Assembly (NCBI GenBank): GCA_963705305.1
Contig: OY970067.1
Span: 3,712,001-3,776,000, forward strand
Direction of reading: 5' to 3'
DNA from: an uncultured Methylomirabilota bacterium
GTDB lineage: Bacteria > Methylomirabilota > Methylomirabilia > Methylomirabilales > 2-02-FULL-66-22
Length of the DNA: 64,000 nt
Shown here: one piece after another, positions 1-10,054 of the stretch
Layout: every line of letters starts with the position of its first letter
Numbering within the stretch: the stretch's first letter is position 1
The notes under the pieces: generated by a model
The model's database searches: none
Seen by the model: only the letters and a program-made list of their open reading frames with translations
What the model was told of the DNA's origin: nothing
Position numbers and translations under genes: made by a program

Positions 1-134
1 TGGAGGAGGCGGTCCTCGACTCCCTCTTCTGCGCCGAGACGATGACCGGGCGTGACGGGCACACCCGGCACGCCCTTCCGGTTGAGGAGGTCATGGGGCT
101 GCTCCGGCGGCATCGCCCGTCCCGGAACGGGTGA
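1..134 (+). CDS. C-terminal end of P1/S58 (DmpA-like) aminopeptidase, partial at window edge
   Basis: Frame from position 3 reads EEAVLDSLFCAETMTGRDGHTRHALP...stop at 132-134, resembling the DmpA-family C-terminus. Confidence 0.7.
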   Translation, partial: EEAVLDSLFCAETMTGRDGHTRHALPVEEVMGLLRRHRPSRNG

Positions 135-239
135 TGCCCGGGGCCGAGGCGGGCTGTTCGGCAGCCACACGAGGAGAGGGTGCGGTCGCGGCTTCCCACC
201 AAAGACGGGGAGAATCGGACCCGCGACAGGGGGCAGGAG

Positions 240-620
240 ATGGACAGCCAGTCGCCGTCGAAACGCCGGTACGGCCGCTTGACGTTCAGGGAGCCGATCA
301 GGGATCAGCTCACCATGGACCACGACGTCCGGGTGTTGGATCTGAGCCTGGGCGGGGCCAGGGTCGAGCACCTGACGGTCCTTCGTCCTGGTGGCAATTG
401 CCACCTCCGGCTTCCGCTGCGCAGCCAGACTATGGTGTTGAACTGCCAGGTGATGTGGTCGCGCGCCGTCAGCGTGTCGGGGCGCCCCTCGGGGGAAGCG
501 GGGATGGTGTATCACAGCGGGTTGATGTTCACCCCGCTGACGCTGGAAGTGGAGACGCTTCTGCGGGCGTGCCTCCACAGCTGGGGGCTGTCGCAACATG
601 GCGGAGACCTGGCCGGGTGA
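240..620 (+). CDS. PilZ domain protein (putative c-di-GMP receptor)
   Basis: RRYGR (RxxxR) and DLSLGG (DxSxxG) motifs. Confidence 0.8.
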   Translation: MDSQSPSKRRYGRLTFREPIRDQLTMDHDVRVLDLSLGGARVEHLTVLRPGGNCHLRLPLRSQTMVLNCQVMWSRAVSVSGRPSGEAGMVYHSGLMFTPLTLEVETLLRACLHSWGLSQHGGDLAG

Positions 621-679
621 GCATACTGGACGGGGCCGTTGCGCCGGTGGGTGCCGGGAGGAAGACATACGGGAGCGGG

Positions 680-709
680 TTGACAACACGCGTGTTCCTG
701 GGATACGGT
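680..709 (+). promoter_or_regulatory. Putative sigma70 promoter with a 12-bp palindrome in the spacer
   Basis: TTGACA 680-685, 18-bp spacer, TACGGT 704-709; AACACGCGTGTT at 685-696. Confidence 0.45.
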
Positions 710-717
710 CGGGTACG

Positions 718-1737
718 ATGAAAGCCCTCTACTACCCTGCGTGGGATCATCTGGAAATCCGGGAGGTTGCAGAGCCAGCGCCCAAACGGGGCGAGGCGCT
801 CCTCCGTGTGCTGGCCGTGGGAATCTGCGGGTCGGAACTGCACGGTTTCATCACCCACGCCGCCCGCCGCACCCCGCCTCTCATCATGGGGCACGAATTC
901 AGCGGCGAGGTTCTGGCGCTGGGCGAAGACGTCTCGGGCTACCGGGCGGGGGACCGGGTGGTGGTGAACTCCTCCGTCTCCTGCGGGGTGTGCGAGTACT
1001 GCCAGGATGGACAGGTCCAACTCTGCCGGACCGGAGAGGTCTTCGGGACCAAGCGGCCCGGCGGGTTCGCCGAGCGAGTGGCGGTCCCGGTCTCGACGCT
1101 GATGCCCATGCCGGAGGGGATTACACCCCTCCAGGCTTCCCTGGCAGAGCCGCTCGGCAATGCCGTACACGCGCTGGCCCTGACCCAGCAGCGCTTTCCC
1201 GAGACCCTGGTTATCTTCGGGGCCGGGACCATTGGGCTGTTCGTGCTGCAGGTGGCCCGGGCGGGCGGCGCCCTGCGCACGCTGGTGGTGGACGTGTCGG
1301 ACGCCCGCCTCGGCGTAGCGAAGGGTCTGGGGGCGACGCAGGTGGTGAACGCGAAGCGCGCAGACGCCGTGGCGGCCATCCGCGAGGCCAGCCGGGGGCG
1401 GGGCGCCGATGTGGTGGTGGACGCGGTGGGGGCCACCGACACTCGCCGCCAGGCCATCGCGGCCGTACGCCCGGGGGGCGAGGTCGTGTGGCTGGGACTG
1501 CACGACGATCCCACCGACCTCTCGGGCTTCGACGTGGTCCTGCGGGAAAAGCACATCTCCGGGTCGTTCGCCGTCACGGCCCACGACCTTCGGACGACCC
1601 TGAACCTCTTCGCCGCCGGCCGGGTGACGCTGGATCCCTGGGTCCGGACATTTCCGCTGGTCGACGGAGACCGGGTCTTCCGCCAACTCGTGACGGATCC
1701 CCCCCAGGATTACATCAAGGCCGTCCTCCTGCCGTAA
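718..1737 (+). CDS. Zn-dependent medium-chain alcohol/sugar dehydrogenase
   Basis: GICGSE, GHEFSG, CGVCEYC...C structural Zn site, GAGTIG. Confidence 0.9.
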   Translation: MKALYYPAWDHLEIREVAEPAPKRGEALLRVLAVGICGSELHGFITHAARRTPPLIMGHEFSGEVLALGEDVSGYRAGDRVVVNSSVSCGVCEYCQDGQVQLCRTGEVFGTKRPGGFAERVAVPVSTLMPMPEGITPLQASLAEPLGNAVHALALTQQRFPETLVIFGAGTIGLFVLQVARAGGALRTLVVDVSDARLGVAKGLGATQVVNAKRADAVAAIREASRGRGADVVVDAVGATDTRRQAIAAVRPGGEVVWLGLHDDPTDLSGFDVVLREKHISGSFAVTAHDLRTTLNLFAAGRVTLDPWVRTFPLVDGDRVFRQLVTDPPQDYIKAVLLP

Positions 1738-1878
1738 TCAGGGCGGCGCGGCCCACCCGGGCCGCACCGTGAACCGGGGCGTCATTGCCTGCCCTGCATT
1801 TCTGGAGAGAGTTCTCCGATCGCGCAGGACGGGCGCCGGACGGGAACCCGCGAGAGCGGGGCCGGCACGGAGCGTCGC

Positions 1879-2620
1879 ATGGATCCGGCTGCATGGGCTC
1901 CGCATGGACTGGCGCTGCTGGATTACCTCCACGGAGACCGTCGGGCGGCGGTGACGGTCCATGGGGAGGACGGCGAAGAGGACAGCGTGGGCGCCGAGGT
2001 GTTCTTCCGCGGGCCGGGGGAATTCTCGGCGCTGGAGGAGGCGGCACTGGATCTGTGCCGTGGGCGGGTGCTGGACGGGGGGGGCGGGTGCGGGGTGCCA
2101 TACGCTGGCCCTCCAGGCGCGCGGGCTCGACGTGGTGGCCCTGGATGCGGCGCCGGCCGCGGTCAAGGTCCTGCAGTCGCGGGGGGCGCTGGACGCCCGC
2201 TGCGGCGACATCTTCGGATTCGACGGCGGGCCCTTCGACACGATCCTCCTCATGATGAACGGCATCGGCATCGTCGAGGACCTGGCCGGCCTGGACCGCT
2301 TCCTGCGGGAGGCGGGCCGGCTCCTTGTGCCGGGCGGGCAAATTCTTCTGGATTCCTATGACCCGCGCGGCGCGGAGAACCCGTCGCGTCCTGGCTTGGA
2401 TCGATATCCGGGCGAGATGCGCTTCCGGCTGGAGTACAAGAGGAAAAGGGGTCCGGTCTACGGCTGGCTGTTCGTAGACTTCGACACCCTGCGGGATCGC
2501 GCCGTCCGGGCGGGCTGGTCCTGCGAGAGCATCTGGCAGGAGGATGAGGGGCACTACCTGGCGCGACTGGCGCGGCGGGGTGAACAGGATGGGGGCGGCG
2601 CACCGGCGTCCGCGGCGTGA
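1879..2620 (+). pseudogene. Class I SAM-dependent methyltransferase, split by a +1 frameshift at G8 (2077-2084); possibly a sequencing error
   Basis: N-part ...LCRGRVLD and C-part GAGAGCHTLAL...FDTILLMMNGIGI lie in different frames and join at SAM motif I. Confidence 0.8.
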
Positions 2621-2677
2621 CGTGGGCGCAGCGGGATCCGATTCAGATTGAGAACGGCGCACACATGGAGGGATGAC

Positions 2678-3589
2678 ATGACAGCCACTGCAGAGCGCAT
2701 TGGGTTTCTCGGTCCCGGGCTGATGGGCAGGGGGATCATCAAGAACCTTCTGGCCAAGGGATTTCCAGTGACGATCTTCGCCCATCGCCAGGGGTTGGAT
2801 CTGGGCGAGCTCACGAAGGCGGGGGCAACGGTCACCACGTCGTACCGGGAGCTGGGGGAGCGCAGCACGGCGGTGCTACTCACCCTGCCCGCGTCCAAGG
2901 ATGTCGAGGCGGTGACCCTCGGGACGCCCGGCCTGTTGGGCAGCCTGCGGGAGGGCACGGTGGTGGTGGATCTCAGCACGAGCTACCCGGGCTCCACCCG
3001 CATGCTGGCCGCGCGGCTCATGGAGCGGAAGGTCGCCATGCTGGACGCTCCCATGACGGGGACACCCGTGCACGCCAACGCCGGCGAGCTGAACCTGATG
3101 ATCGGCGGCGACAAGGCCGTGTATGACCGATGCCTTCCCATCTTCCGGGCCATCGCCAAGAATATATTCTACGTGGGCCCCACCGGTCACGGGAACATCG
3201 TCAAGCTGGTCAACAACTTCCTCGGCCAGCTGACCAATGCCGGGCTGGCCGAGGTGCTGCCCCTGGCGGCCAAATGCGGCGTGGACCTCAAGGCGCTGTA
3301 CGACGTCGTGATGGTGAGCGGCGGATACAGCCGGTGGTTCGAGGGGGCGGTCCCGGCCATCGGGAAGCGGGATTTCACGGTGACCTTCCATCTCAAGCTG
3401 GCGCACAAGGACATGAGCTACGTCAGCGCGCTGGGCCGCGAGGAGACCGTCCCGCTGCCCATGGTCAACACGCTGCTCACCGTCATGGACATGGCCAAGG
3501 CGGAGGGACTCGGTGACGAGAACACCACCGCCCTGGTCAAACTGTGGGAGCGAGCGTCGAAGGTCGAGGTCCGCGGCCAGGTGCGGTAG
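2678..3589 (+). CDS. NAD(P)-dependent beta-hydroxyacid dehydrogenase (3-hydroxyisobutyrate/tartronate semialdehyde reductase family)
   Basis: GFLGPGLMG, DAPMTG, KLVNN, KDM motifs; GGAGG SD. Confidence 0.9.
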   Translation: MTATAERIGFLGPGLMGRGIIKNLLAKGFPVTIFAHRQGLDLGELTKAGATVTTSYRELGERSTAVLLTLPASKDVEAVTLGTPGLLGSLREGTVVVDLSTSYPGSTRMLAARLMERKVAMLDAPMTGTPVHANAGELNLMIGGDKAVYDRCLPIFRAIAKNIFYVGPTGHGNIVKLVNNFLGQLTNAGLAEVLPLAAKCGVDLKALYDVVMVSGGYSRWFEGAVPAIGKRDFTVTFHLKLAHKDMSYVSALGREETVPLPMVNTLLTVMDMAKAEGLGDENTTALVKLWERASKVEVRGQVR

Positions 3590-3666
3590 GCGCGGGCCGG
3601 GGCACCGGGGACACGCTGCGGCGGCGCCTGGCGATCTGGAGGGCCAGGGCGACGGGCCGCCTCATC

Positions 3667-4878
3667 TCAGGGATCGGCGGGCCGGCCTCCCTCGTCTGCG
3701 GACAGGCCGGGTGATGTGAGGGCGGCCCGGCGCGCGGCGTCGTAGATCTCCTGAATGGGAATCCCGGTGGCCTCAGCCAGCCTGCGGCAGTCTTCGAATT
3801 CGGGGGCCAGGATGGTCAGGCGGTCCCCCTGCCAACCGCGCTTCACGCGGACGGCGCCGTGGGGCGTGTTCACGGTGACGAAGTCCCGCCGCAGCTTCCA
3901 GCGCGAGGCCGCATGGCTCCGCACGCCGAAGGTGGTGCTGTGGGCCAGGATGATTTGGGCACAGCCGTCGGCCGCGCCGGGATCCGCGAGCACCGTGAGG
4001 AGGGTCCCCGGTCGAGACTTCTTCATGATGACGGGCGCCAGGAAGGCGTCCAGCGCCCCCGCCTCGAACAGCCGATCCATGAGCGGCTCGAAGAACTGCG
4101 GGTTCATGTCGTCGATCGTGGCCTCCAGGATGGCGATCTCATCGCGCTCCAGCTGGGCAGGCGTCTCGCCGATCATCAGGCGCAGAAGGTTCGCCTGCTC
4201 CGGCAGCTCGCGCTGGCCGGCGCCGTAGGCCACTCGCTCCACGGTCATCAGGGGCATGGGGCCGTGTCCCGAGGCGAGCGTGGTGAGAATGGCGGCGCCT
4301 GTCGGGGTGGTGAGCTCGGCGCGGATCTGGCTGCCGTAAGCCGGAAAGCCGCGGAGGAGGGCCGCCGTCCCCGGGGCCGGCACGGGCATGCTGCCATGGG
4401 CCGCCTGGACGAATCCGCCGCCCAGGTTGAAGGGCGAGACGTGAAGGCGCGCAAGGCCCAGGGCCCGGAGGCCCCAGGCGGCGCCGACGATATCGGCGAT
4501 GGCGTCCAGCGCGCCGACCTCGTGGAAGTGGATGTGATCGGGCATGCTGCCGTGCGCCTCGGCCTCGGCCTCGGCCAGGCGTTGGAAGATCTGCAGCGCG
4601 TCGGCGCGCACCTCGTCGGCGAGGTCGGCTTTCGCCAGGATGGCCTGGATGTCCGGCAGCCGGCGGTGCGGATGTCCGCGCTCGTCGGTGTCCACGTGGA
4701 CGAGCGTTCCGCGGAAGGCCCCCCGCTTGACGGGCTCGGCCCGGAGGCGGATGCCCGGCACCCCCAGCCCGTCGAGGGCCTTCTGGAGCTCCGCGACGTC
4801 CAGACCGCCGTCCACCAGCGCCCCCAGGATCATGTCGCCGCTGGCTCCGCTGAAGCAGTCGAAATACCCGATGCGCAT
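3667..4878 (-). CDS. larC: Nickel-pincer cofactor nickel insertase LarC
   Basis: YFDCFSGASGDMILGAL, HFHEVGALD, TPTGAA, MKKSRPG, PEFED motifs. Confidence 0.95.
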   Translation of the reverse strand: MRIGYFDCFSGASGDMILGALVDGGLDVAELQKALDGLGVPGIRLRAEPVKRGAFRGTLVHVDTDERGHPHRRLPDIQAILAKADLADEVRADALQIFQRLAEAEAEAHGSMPDHIHFHEVGALDAIADIVGAAWGLRALGLARLHVSPFNLGGGFVQAAHGSMPVPAPGTAALLRGFPAYGSQIRAELTTPTGAAILTTLASGHGPMPLMTVERVAYGAGQRELPEQANLLRLMIGETPAQLERDEIAILEATIDDMNPQFFEPLMDRLFEAGALDAFLAPVIMKKSRPGTLLTVLADPGAADGCAQIILAHSTTFGVRSHAASRWKLRRDFVTVNTPHGAVRVKRGWQGDRLTILAPEFEDCRRLAEATGIPIQEIYDAARRAALTSPGLSADEGGRPADP

Positions 4879-4893
4879 GTCGAGCAAGACTCC

Positions 4894-5697
4894 TTAACGG
4901 CGCGCTGCGGCTCCGGGGCGGGAGCGCGGACGGCGTCGCGAGGGTCGCGCCGCAAGGGCGTTGATCCGGTGGGCCAAAACGCCGGCGCCGAAGCCGTTGT
5001 CGATGTTCACGGCCGCCACGCCGGCCGCGCACGAGTTCAGCATAGTGAGGAGAGCCGCCAGGCCGTGGAAGCTGGCGCCGTAGCCCACGCTGGTGGGCAC
5101 GGCGATCACAGGTTTGGCGACCAGCCCTCCCACGACCGACGGCAGGACACCGTCCATGCCGGCCACCACGACCAGGACGTTGGCCGCTGCCAGGGCCGCC
5201 TGCTGGTCGAGGATGCGATGCAGGCCGGCGACGCCGCAATCATACGCGGTCTGAACACGGCTCCCCAGGACGGCGGCGGTGAGCGCGGCCTCCTCGGCCA
5301 CCGGGATATCGGAGGTCCCGGCCGAGAGCACGAGCACCCGCCCGATCGGCCGGGTAGCCGGGGACGGCTTCGCGACGATCGCGCGGCTCAGCGGATGGTA
5401 GACGGCGTGGGGCGCGTGGTGCCTGACGGCCTCGTACGCCTCCGGTGAGGCGCGGGTGGCGAGCAGGGTTCCGTGCCGATCGAGGATGCGAGCGGCGATG
5501 GCCCCGATCTGCTCGGCCGTCTTCCCCTCACAGAAGATGACCTCCGGGAAGCCCTGCCGGAGGGCACGGTGGTTGTCCATCCGCGCAAACCCCAGATTCT
5601 CGTATGGCAGGTGTCGGAGCAGCTCCGCCGCCTTGCCAGGCGTCAGCGCACCGGTTCGGACCTGCCTCAACAGCCGTCGCAACGCGTCCGGATTCAT
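4894..5697 (-). CDS. larB: Nickel-pincer cofactor biosynthesis protein LarB
   Basis: GFPEVIFCEGKT, AGTSDIPVAEEA, VAGMDG, PTSVGYGA, NIDNGFGA. Confidence 0.95.
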   Translation of the reverse strand: MNPDALRRLLRQVRTGALTPGKAAELLRHLPYENLGFARMDNHRALRQGFPEVIFCEGKTAEQIGAIAARILDRHGTLLATRASPEAYEAVRHHAPHAVYHPLSRAIVAKPSPATRPIGRVLVLSAGTSDIPVAEEAALTAAVLGSRVQTAYDCGVAGLHRILDQQAALAAANVLVVVAGMDGVLPSVVGGLVAKPVIAVPTSVGYGASFHGLAALLTMLNSCAAGVAAVNIDNGFGAGVLAHRINALAARPSRRRPRSRPGAAARR

Positions 5698-5717
5698 GCG
5701 TCCCCGCTCGTCATAAC

Positions 5718-5794
5718 CCCATTCCGACAATCTCCCACCGCCAAGGATACCCAACGCTCGCGTTGGGTATCCGGGATGGCACGGCCGGAATGGG
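5718..5794. repeat. Small nested inverted repeat with a GG(G/A)TACCC-type palindrome
   Basis: CCCATTCCG 5718-5726 pairs with CGGAATGGG 5786-5794; inner GGATACCCAACG-CTCG-CGTTGGGTATCC at 5745-5772. Confidence 0.6.
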
Positions 5795-5904
5795 CAGAAT
5801 ACCGCAGGCCTGGATTCAGGCCGAACGAGGCTAACATGAAAGCCGCTCTGGGCCAACGGATTTTGCGCGTGCGCCGGCGGACGCGATCCGGGGTGAAATT
5901 CGGC

Positions 5905-5932
5905 TTGACAGGGATGGCGGCAATGATACGTT
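5905..5932 (+). promoter_or_regulatory. Putative sigma70 promoter of hisG
   Basis: TTGACA, 16-bp spacer ending in TGn, TACGTT. Confidence 0.5.
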
Positions 5933-5986
5933 CTGCTGGCTGCCGTTGGCCGCTCGGGAGGCTGTTGAGAAAGGAACGGGACGCGG

Positions 5987-6859
5987 ATGGAGCCATTGAA
6001 GCTGGGCCTGCCCAAGGGAAGTCTGCAGAAGTCCACCGTCGATCTGTTCGAGAAGGCCGGATACAGGATTCTCGTGCGGGATCGCTCCTACCTTCCGGTC
6101 ATCGACGACCCGGAGATCGAATGCCTGCTGTTTCGGGCGCAGGAAATCGCCCGCTATGTAGAGCGCGGGGTGCTGGACGCCGGGCTGACCGGGCAGGACT
6201 GGATCCTGGAGAGCGCGGCCGATATCGTCGAGGTGGAAGAGCTGGTCTACAGCAAGAGCACGACGAAGGCGTATCGCTGGGTGCTGGCCGTGCCGGAGGA
6301 CTCCCCCATCCGGACGGTGCGGGATCTCCAGGGCAAGCGGATTGCCACCGAATTGGTCGAGGCGACCAAGCGGTACCTTGAGGCCAAGGGGGTCACGGCC
6401 GAGGTGGAGTACTCGTGGGGCGCCACGGAGATCAAGGCGCCGCTCTTGGTGGACGCGATCGTCGAGGGGACCGAGACCGGCGCATCGCTCCGGGCCAACC
6501 GGCTGCGGACCATCGACACCGTGGCGGAATCCACGACTAAGCTCATCGCCAGCCATGCGGCCTGGGGGGATCCCCGGAAACGGGAAAAGATCGAGGTCCT
6601 GTCCATGCTGCTGCGGGGGGCGCTGGAGGCCGAGGCCAAGGTTGGGCTGAAAATGAACGTCCCCCGGGCGAAGCTGGAGCAGGTCTCGGGCCAGCTGCCC
6701 TCCCTCCACACGCCCACCATCTCCAATCAGGTCGATCCGGACTGGGTGGCGATCGAGGTGATCATCGACAAGGAAGTGTCGCGGGACCTGATTCCGAAGC
6801 TGAAGCGGGCGGGGGCGGAGGGGATCGTCGAGTATCCCTTGAACAAGCTGATCTATTAG
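5987..6859 (+). CDS. hisG: ATP phosphoribosyltransferase, long form
   Basis: [31 protein letters not shown]-terminal regulatory domain ending EYPLNKLIY. Confidence 0.97.
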   Translation: MEPLKLGLPKGSLQKSTVDLFEKAGYRILVRDRSYLPVIDDPEIECLLFRAQEIARYVERGVLDAGLTGQDWILESAADIVEVEELVYSKSTTKAYRWVLAVPEDSPIRTVRDLQGKRIATELVEATKRYLEAKGVTAEVEYSWGATEIKAPLLVDAIVEGTETGASLRANRLRTIDTVAESTTKLIASHAAWGDPRKREKIEVLSMLLRGALEAEAKVGLKMNVPRAKLEQVSGQLPSLHTPTISNQVDPDWVAIEVIIDKEVSRDLIPKLKRAGAEGIVEYPLNKLIY

Positions 6860-7125
6860 CAGGCTGCTGAATAAGACCCATCTGCCGGGTACCCATCTGA
6901 TGGGTGCCCAACCTTCGGCTGGGTACCCGCCCACTCGGGCACTCGTTGCGGCGTACCGGAAGTACGCCTTGACCCGCCTGCGGCGGGTGCCCCGCCCCGG
7001 GTACCCATCCCGAGGGATGGGTGACGCCGCCTTGCCGTTCGGCAGGCTCACGGCCCCGAGCGACGTTGAGGGGCATCTGGGCCTTTTTGAGCAGCCTGGG
7101 TGGAAACGGGTTTTTCAGCAGCCTG
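6860..7125. mobile_element. MITE-like repeat, family A copy 1
   Basis: Terminal IR CAGGCTGCTGAA...TTCAGCAGCCTG; near-identical core shared with 15580-15869. Confidence 0.85.
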
Positions 7126-7243
7126 ATAGAGTGTGGAATCTTGGCGTCACGGCGGTTCAACAGCCGTCTCCGTCCACGGCCGAATGCCCTCCGGCCGCGC
7201 GACAGGCGGCGGCTCGACGGGAGCCTCCTGCGCGACGCGTGCA

Positions 7244-7621
7244 ATGATGCCATACGTCCTTCTCGCCAATGCGGTCCTGATCGTCCACCTGCTGTTCGTG
7301 CTGTTCGTGGTTTTCGGTGCCTTCCTGGTGCTCCGCTGGCCCCGGCTGGCGTGGATCCATGTGCCGGCGGGGCTATGGGGGGTGGCGATCGAGTATATCG
7401 GCTTCGTCTGCCCTCTGACGCCGCTGGAGGTGGCGCTCCGGCGGCGAGGAGGAGAAGCCGGCTATGCGGGCGGCTGCATCACGCACTACGTTTCAGTACT
7501 CCTCTATCCCGCAGGCCTGACGCGCGGCTGGCAGCTGGTGCTCGGCACGCTGGCCTTGGCATTCAATGTCTTCATCTACTGGCGCCTGCTGGCAGGGCGA
7601 AATCGCCGCCCCACCGGGTAG
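7244..7621 (+). CDS. DUF2784-type membrane protein
   Basis: VHLLFVLFVVFG, WIHVPA, CPLTPLE, YP.GLTR motifs. Confidence 0.85.
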   Translation: MMPYVLLANAVLIVHLLFVLFVVFGAFLVLRWPRLAWIHVPAGLWGVAIEYIGFVCPLTPLEVALRRRGGEAGYAGGCITHYVSVLLYPAGLTRGWQLVLGTLALAFNVFIYWRLLAGRNRRPTG

Positions 7622-7684
7622 GGAGGGGGATGCCGAGGCCGGCGGGGAAGGCCGCGAGCCGGGACGGATGAGGCGGGGAGAGAG

Positions 7685-7831
7685 ATGGTCAAATCCATCC
7701 TGCTGCGGGATGGCGACGGGCGCTTCGTGATGGCCTGCGTCCTGGGCCATGCCCGGCTCGACTCGCGGGCGGTGCGCGCTGGCAGCGAGGTGCCCCTCGA
7801 GGATTCATTTCAAGACCTGGGCCCCGTCTGA
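7685..7831 (+). pseudogene. Fragment of a YbaK/aminoacyl-tRNA deacylase-like gene
   Basis: Reads MVKSILLRDGDGRFVMACVLGHARLDSRAVR, resembling the central K(S/T) motif region; both ends are missing. Confidence 0.5.
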
Positions 7832-7960
7832 ACATCGTGGGGACGTGGGCGGGGCCGGCGTGGGTTCAACGCCGATCCTGAACGGCCGCGTGAATACCGC
7901 GAACGCCGGCATCCAATCGCGCCGGAGGCGGAAATGAGGGGCGGGGGCAAGGGAAGTCTC

Positions 7961-8980
7961 ATGAGACCTGTGGCCATCGTGGATCCCCATCCGAGGACGC
8001 TGGAGCTGCTCTTCGACAAGAGCGACCTGAAGCGCTTGAAGTCCCTGGTGCGGCCGATCGTCTGGGAAGGAAGCCGCATGCCGGCGCAGCAGGTCGAGAA
8101 GCATTTGCCGGAGGCGGTCGTCATCATCGGCCAGACGGACCTGCCGCGCGAGCGGTTGCAGCGCGCCGGGAAGCTCAAGGCCGTCATCAATGTCGAGGGG
8201 AATTTCCAGCCCAACATCGACTACGCCACGTGCTTCGAGCGGGGGATCCACGTCCTGGGCACCGGGACCGCGTTCGGTCCGGCGGTGGCGGAGATGGCGC
8301 TGGGAATGGCCCTGTGTCTGGCCCGCGGGATCCCCGAGGCCGATCGTCTCTTTCGTGAGGGGCATGAAGTCTACGGACGGCTCTCAAACCAGGACTCCTT
8401 TCTGATGGTCGGCGCAGAGATCGGGTTCATCGGGTTCGGCAATCTCGGCCGCGCGCTGATCAGGCTGCTGGAGCCATTTCATTGTCGGATCCGCGTGTAC
8501 GATCCGTGGCTTCCGGACCGCCGGCTGGCCGAGTTCGGCATGACCCCGTCGTCATTGGAGGATCTCCTCGGCGTCTCGCGGATTGTGTTCGTCCTGGCGG
8601 GCGCCACCTCCGAAAACCAGGCAATGCTGGATCGGCGGAGACTGGATCTCATGCCGAAAGGGGCGTGCCTCGTGCTGGTCAGCCGGGCCTCTCTGGTGGA
8701 TTTCGAGGCCCTGACGGCAAAGCTGCGCACGCGAGAGATCCGGGCGGCCGTAGACGTATTCCCCGGCGAGCCCTGGCCTACGGACCATCCGATCCGTCGC
8801 TTGGACAGCGCCCTCCTCTCGGCCCATCGGGCCGGCAGCCTTCCGGCCACCTATCGGCTGATGGGGGAGATGCTGGTGGATGACCTGGCCCAAATCCTCA
8901 ACGGGCTCCCGCCGGTGCGGCTCCAGCGGGCGGAGCGCGAAACCGTGGCCCGCATGCGCAGCCAGCCGATCGCCAGGTGA
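7961..8980 (+). CDS. D-isomer-specific 2-hydroxyacid dehydrogenase
   Basis: GFIGFGNLG, VSRA, DVFPGEP, SAHRAG. Confidence 0.9.
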   Translation: MRPVAIVDPHPRTLELLFDKSDLKRLKSLVRPIVWEGSRMPAQQVEKHLPEAVVIIGQTDLPRERLQRAGKLKAVINVEGNFQPNIDYATCFERGIHVLGTGTAFGPAVAEMALGMALCLARGIPEADRLFREGHEVYGRLSNQDSFLMVGAEIGFIGFGNLGRALIRLLEPFHCRIRVYDPWLPDRRLAEFGMTPSSLEDLLGVSRIVFVLAGATSENQAMLDRRRLDLMPKGACLVLVSRASLVDFEALTAKLRTREIRAAVDVFPGEPWPTDHPIRRLDSALLSAHRAGSLPATYRLMGEMLVDDLAQILNGLPPVRLQRAERETVARMRSQPIAR

Positions 8981-9193
8981 GCTCGCGCATCCCCCTCGGG
9001 GCGGGCGCAGGGATGGGTGCAAGGGAATGCGGGCGCCTCGCTCATGCGCGCGCAGGCTGGGGGATGCGTTGCCGAATTGGGCTGTGATCCGGTCGCCCGA
9101 GGCCGCGCTTTTGTGTTGACACTCATCCCGGCGCGGGTGTAAAGAGGCTCACCGGAATCAAGGGCGGGTGAGCCTCATGTGGACGAGTCTTCC

Positions 9194-9970
9194 ATGACCA
9201 GCGCCCGCGAAGTGCGCCAGCAAATCCGGGATGGACAGTGGCGACGGCCGACCGCCGGCCTGGCCCCCGGGTTCGTGCAGACCAACCTGGTGATCCTGCC
9301 GAAAGATTTGGCATACGATTTTCTTCTTTTCGCGCAGCGGAACCCCAAGGCTTGCCCGATCATTGAAGTCACCGACACGGGATCGCCCGAGCCGCGGCTG
9401 TCCGCGGCGGGCGCCGACCTCCGCATCGACGTCCCTCGCTACCGCATCTATCGCTGCGGAGCGCTGACGGAGGAGGTGACCGACCTCCGGAGCGTCTGGC
9501 GGGAAGACCTGGTCTCCTTCCTCCTGGGGTGCAGCTTCACGTTCGAGGCCGCCCTGCTCCGGGCCGGCATCCCGGTGCGCCACCTCGAGGAGGGACGGAA
9601 CGTCCCCATGTTCATCACCTCGATCTCCTGCATACCTGCCGGCCCCTTTCGGGGCCCACTGGTGGTGACGATGCGGCCCATCCCGTCCGCTCAGGTGCCG
9701 CGAGCGGTGCAGATCACCGGGCGCTACCCCAGCGTCCACGGGTCGCCGGTCCAGATCGGCGACCCCGCGGCGTTGGGGATCCGCGACCTGGGGAAGCCGG
9801 ACTTCGGCGATCCGGTGACAATCCGGGCGGGCGAGGTGCCCGTCTTCTGGGCGTGCGGCGTGACCCCGCAGGCCGTCGCTCTCCAGAGCAAGCCCCCGCT
9901 TTTGATATCCCATGCCCCCGGCCACATGTTCATCACCGACCTCCGCGACGAGGCGCTGGCCGCCGGCTGA
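9194..9970 (+). CDS. DUF1445 putative hydro-lyase (YcsI / D-glutamate cyclase-like)
   Basis: QRNPKACP, FLLGCSFTFE, PVFWACGVTPQ, HAPGHMFITD. Confidence 0.9.
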   Translation: MTSAREVRQQIRDGQWRRPTAGLAPGFVQTNLVILPKDLAYDFLLFAQRNPKACPIIEVTDTGSPEPRLSAAGADLRIDVPRYRIYRCGALTEEVTDLRSVWREDLVSFLLGCSFTFEAALLRAGIPVRHLEEGRNVPMFITSISCIPAGPFRGPLVVTMRPIPSAQVPRAVQITGRYPSVHGSPVQIGDPAALGIRDLGKPDFGDPVTIRAGEVPVFWACGVTPQAVALQSKPPLLISHAPGHMFITDLRDEALAAG

Positions 9971-10054
9971 GGGGATGGAGCGGAGGGGGCGCCGGCCCGA
10001 GCGGGTCGCGGTGGTGTGGCGAGCTGGAGGAAGTCAGGGAAGGGAGGAAGGTCC

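Noticed and set aside
2077..2084. Phase variation at the G8 tract
   Set aside because: Restoring the frame with G7 still loses the conserved hydrophobic residue in motif I; a base-calling error explains it better
5831..7671. ORFs with GYPGRG / GTHQMG peptides, repeated around 15300-15860
   Set aside because: They are translations of the family A repeat, not proteins
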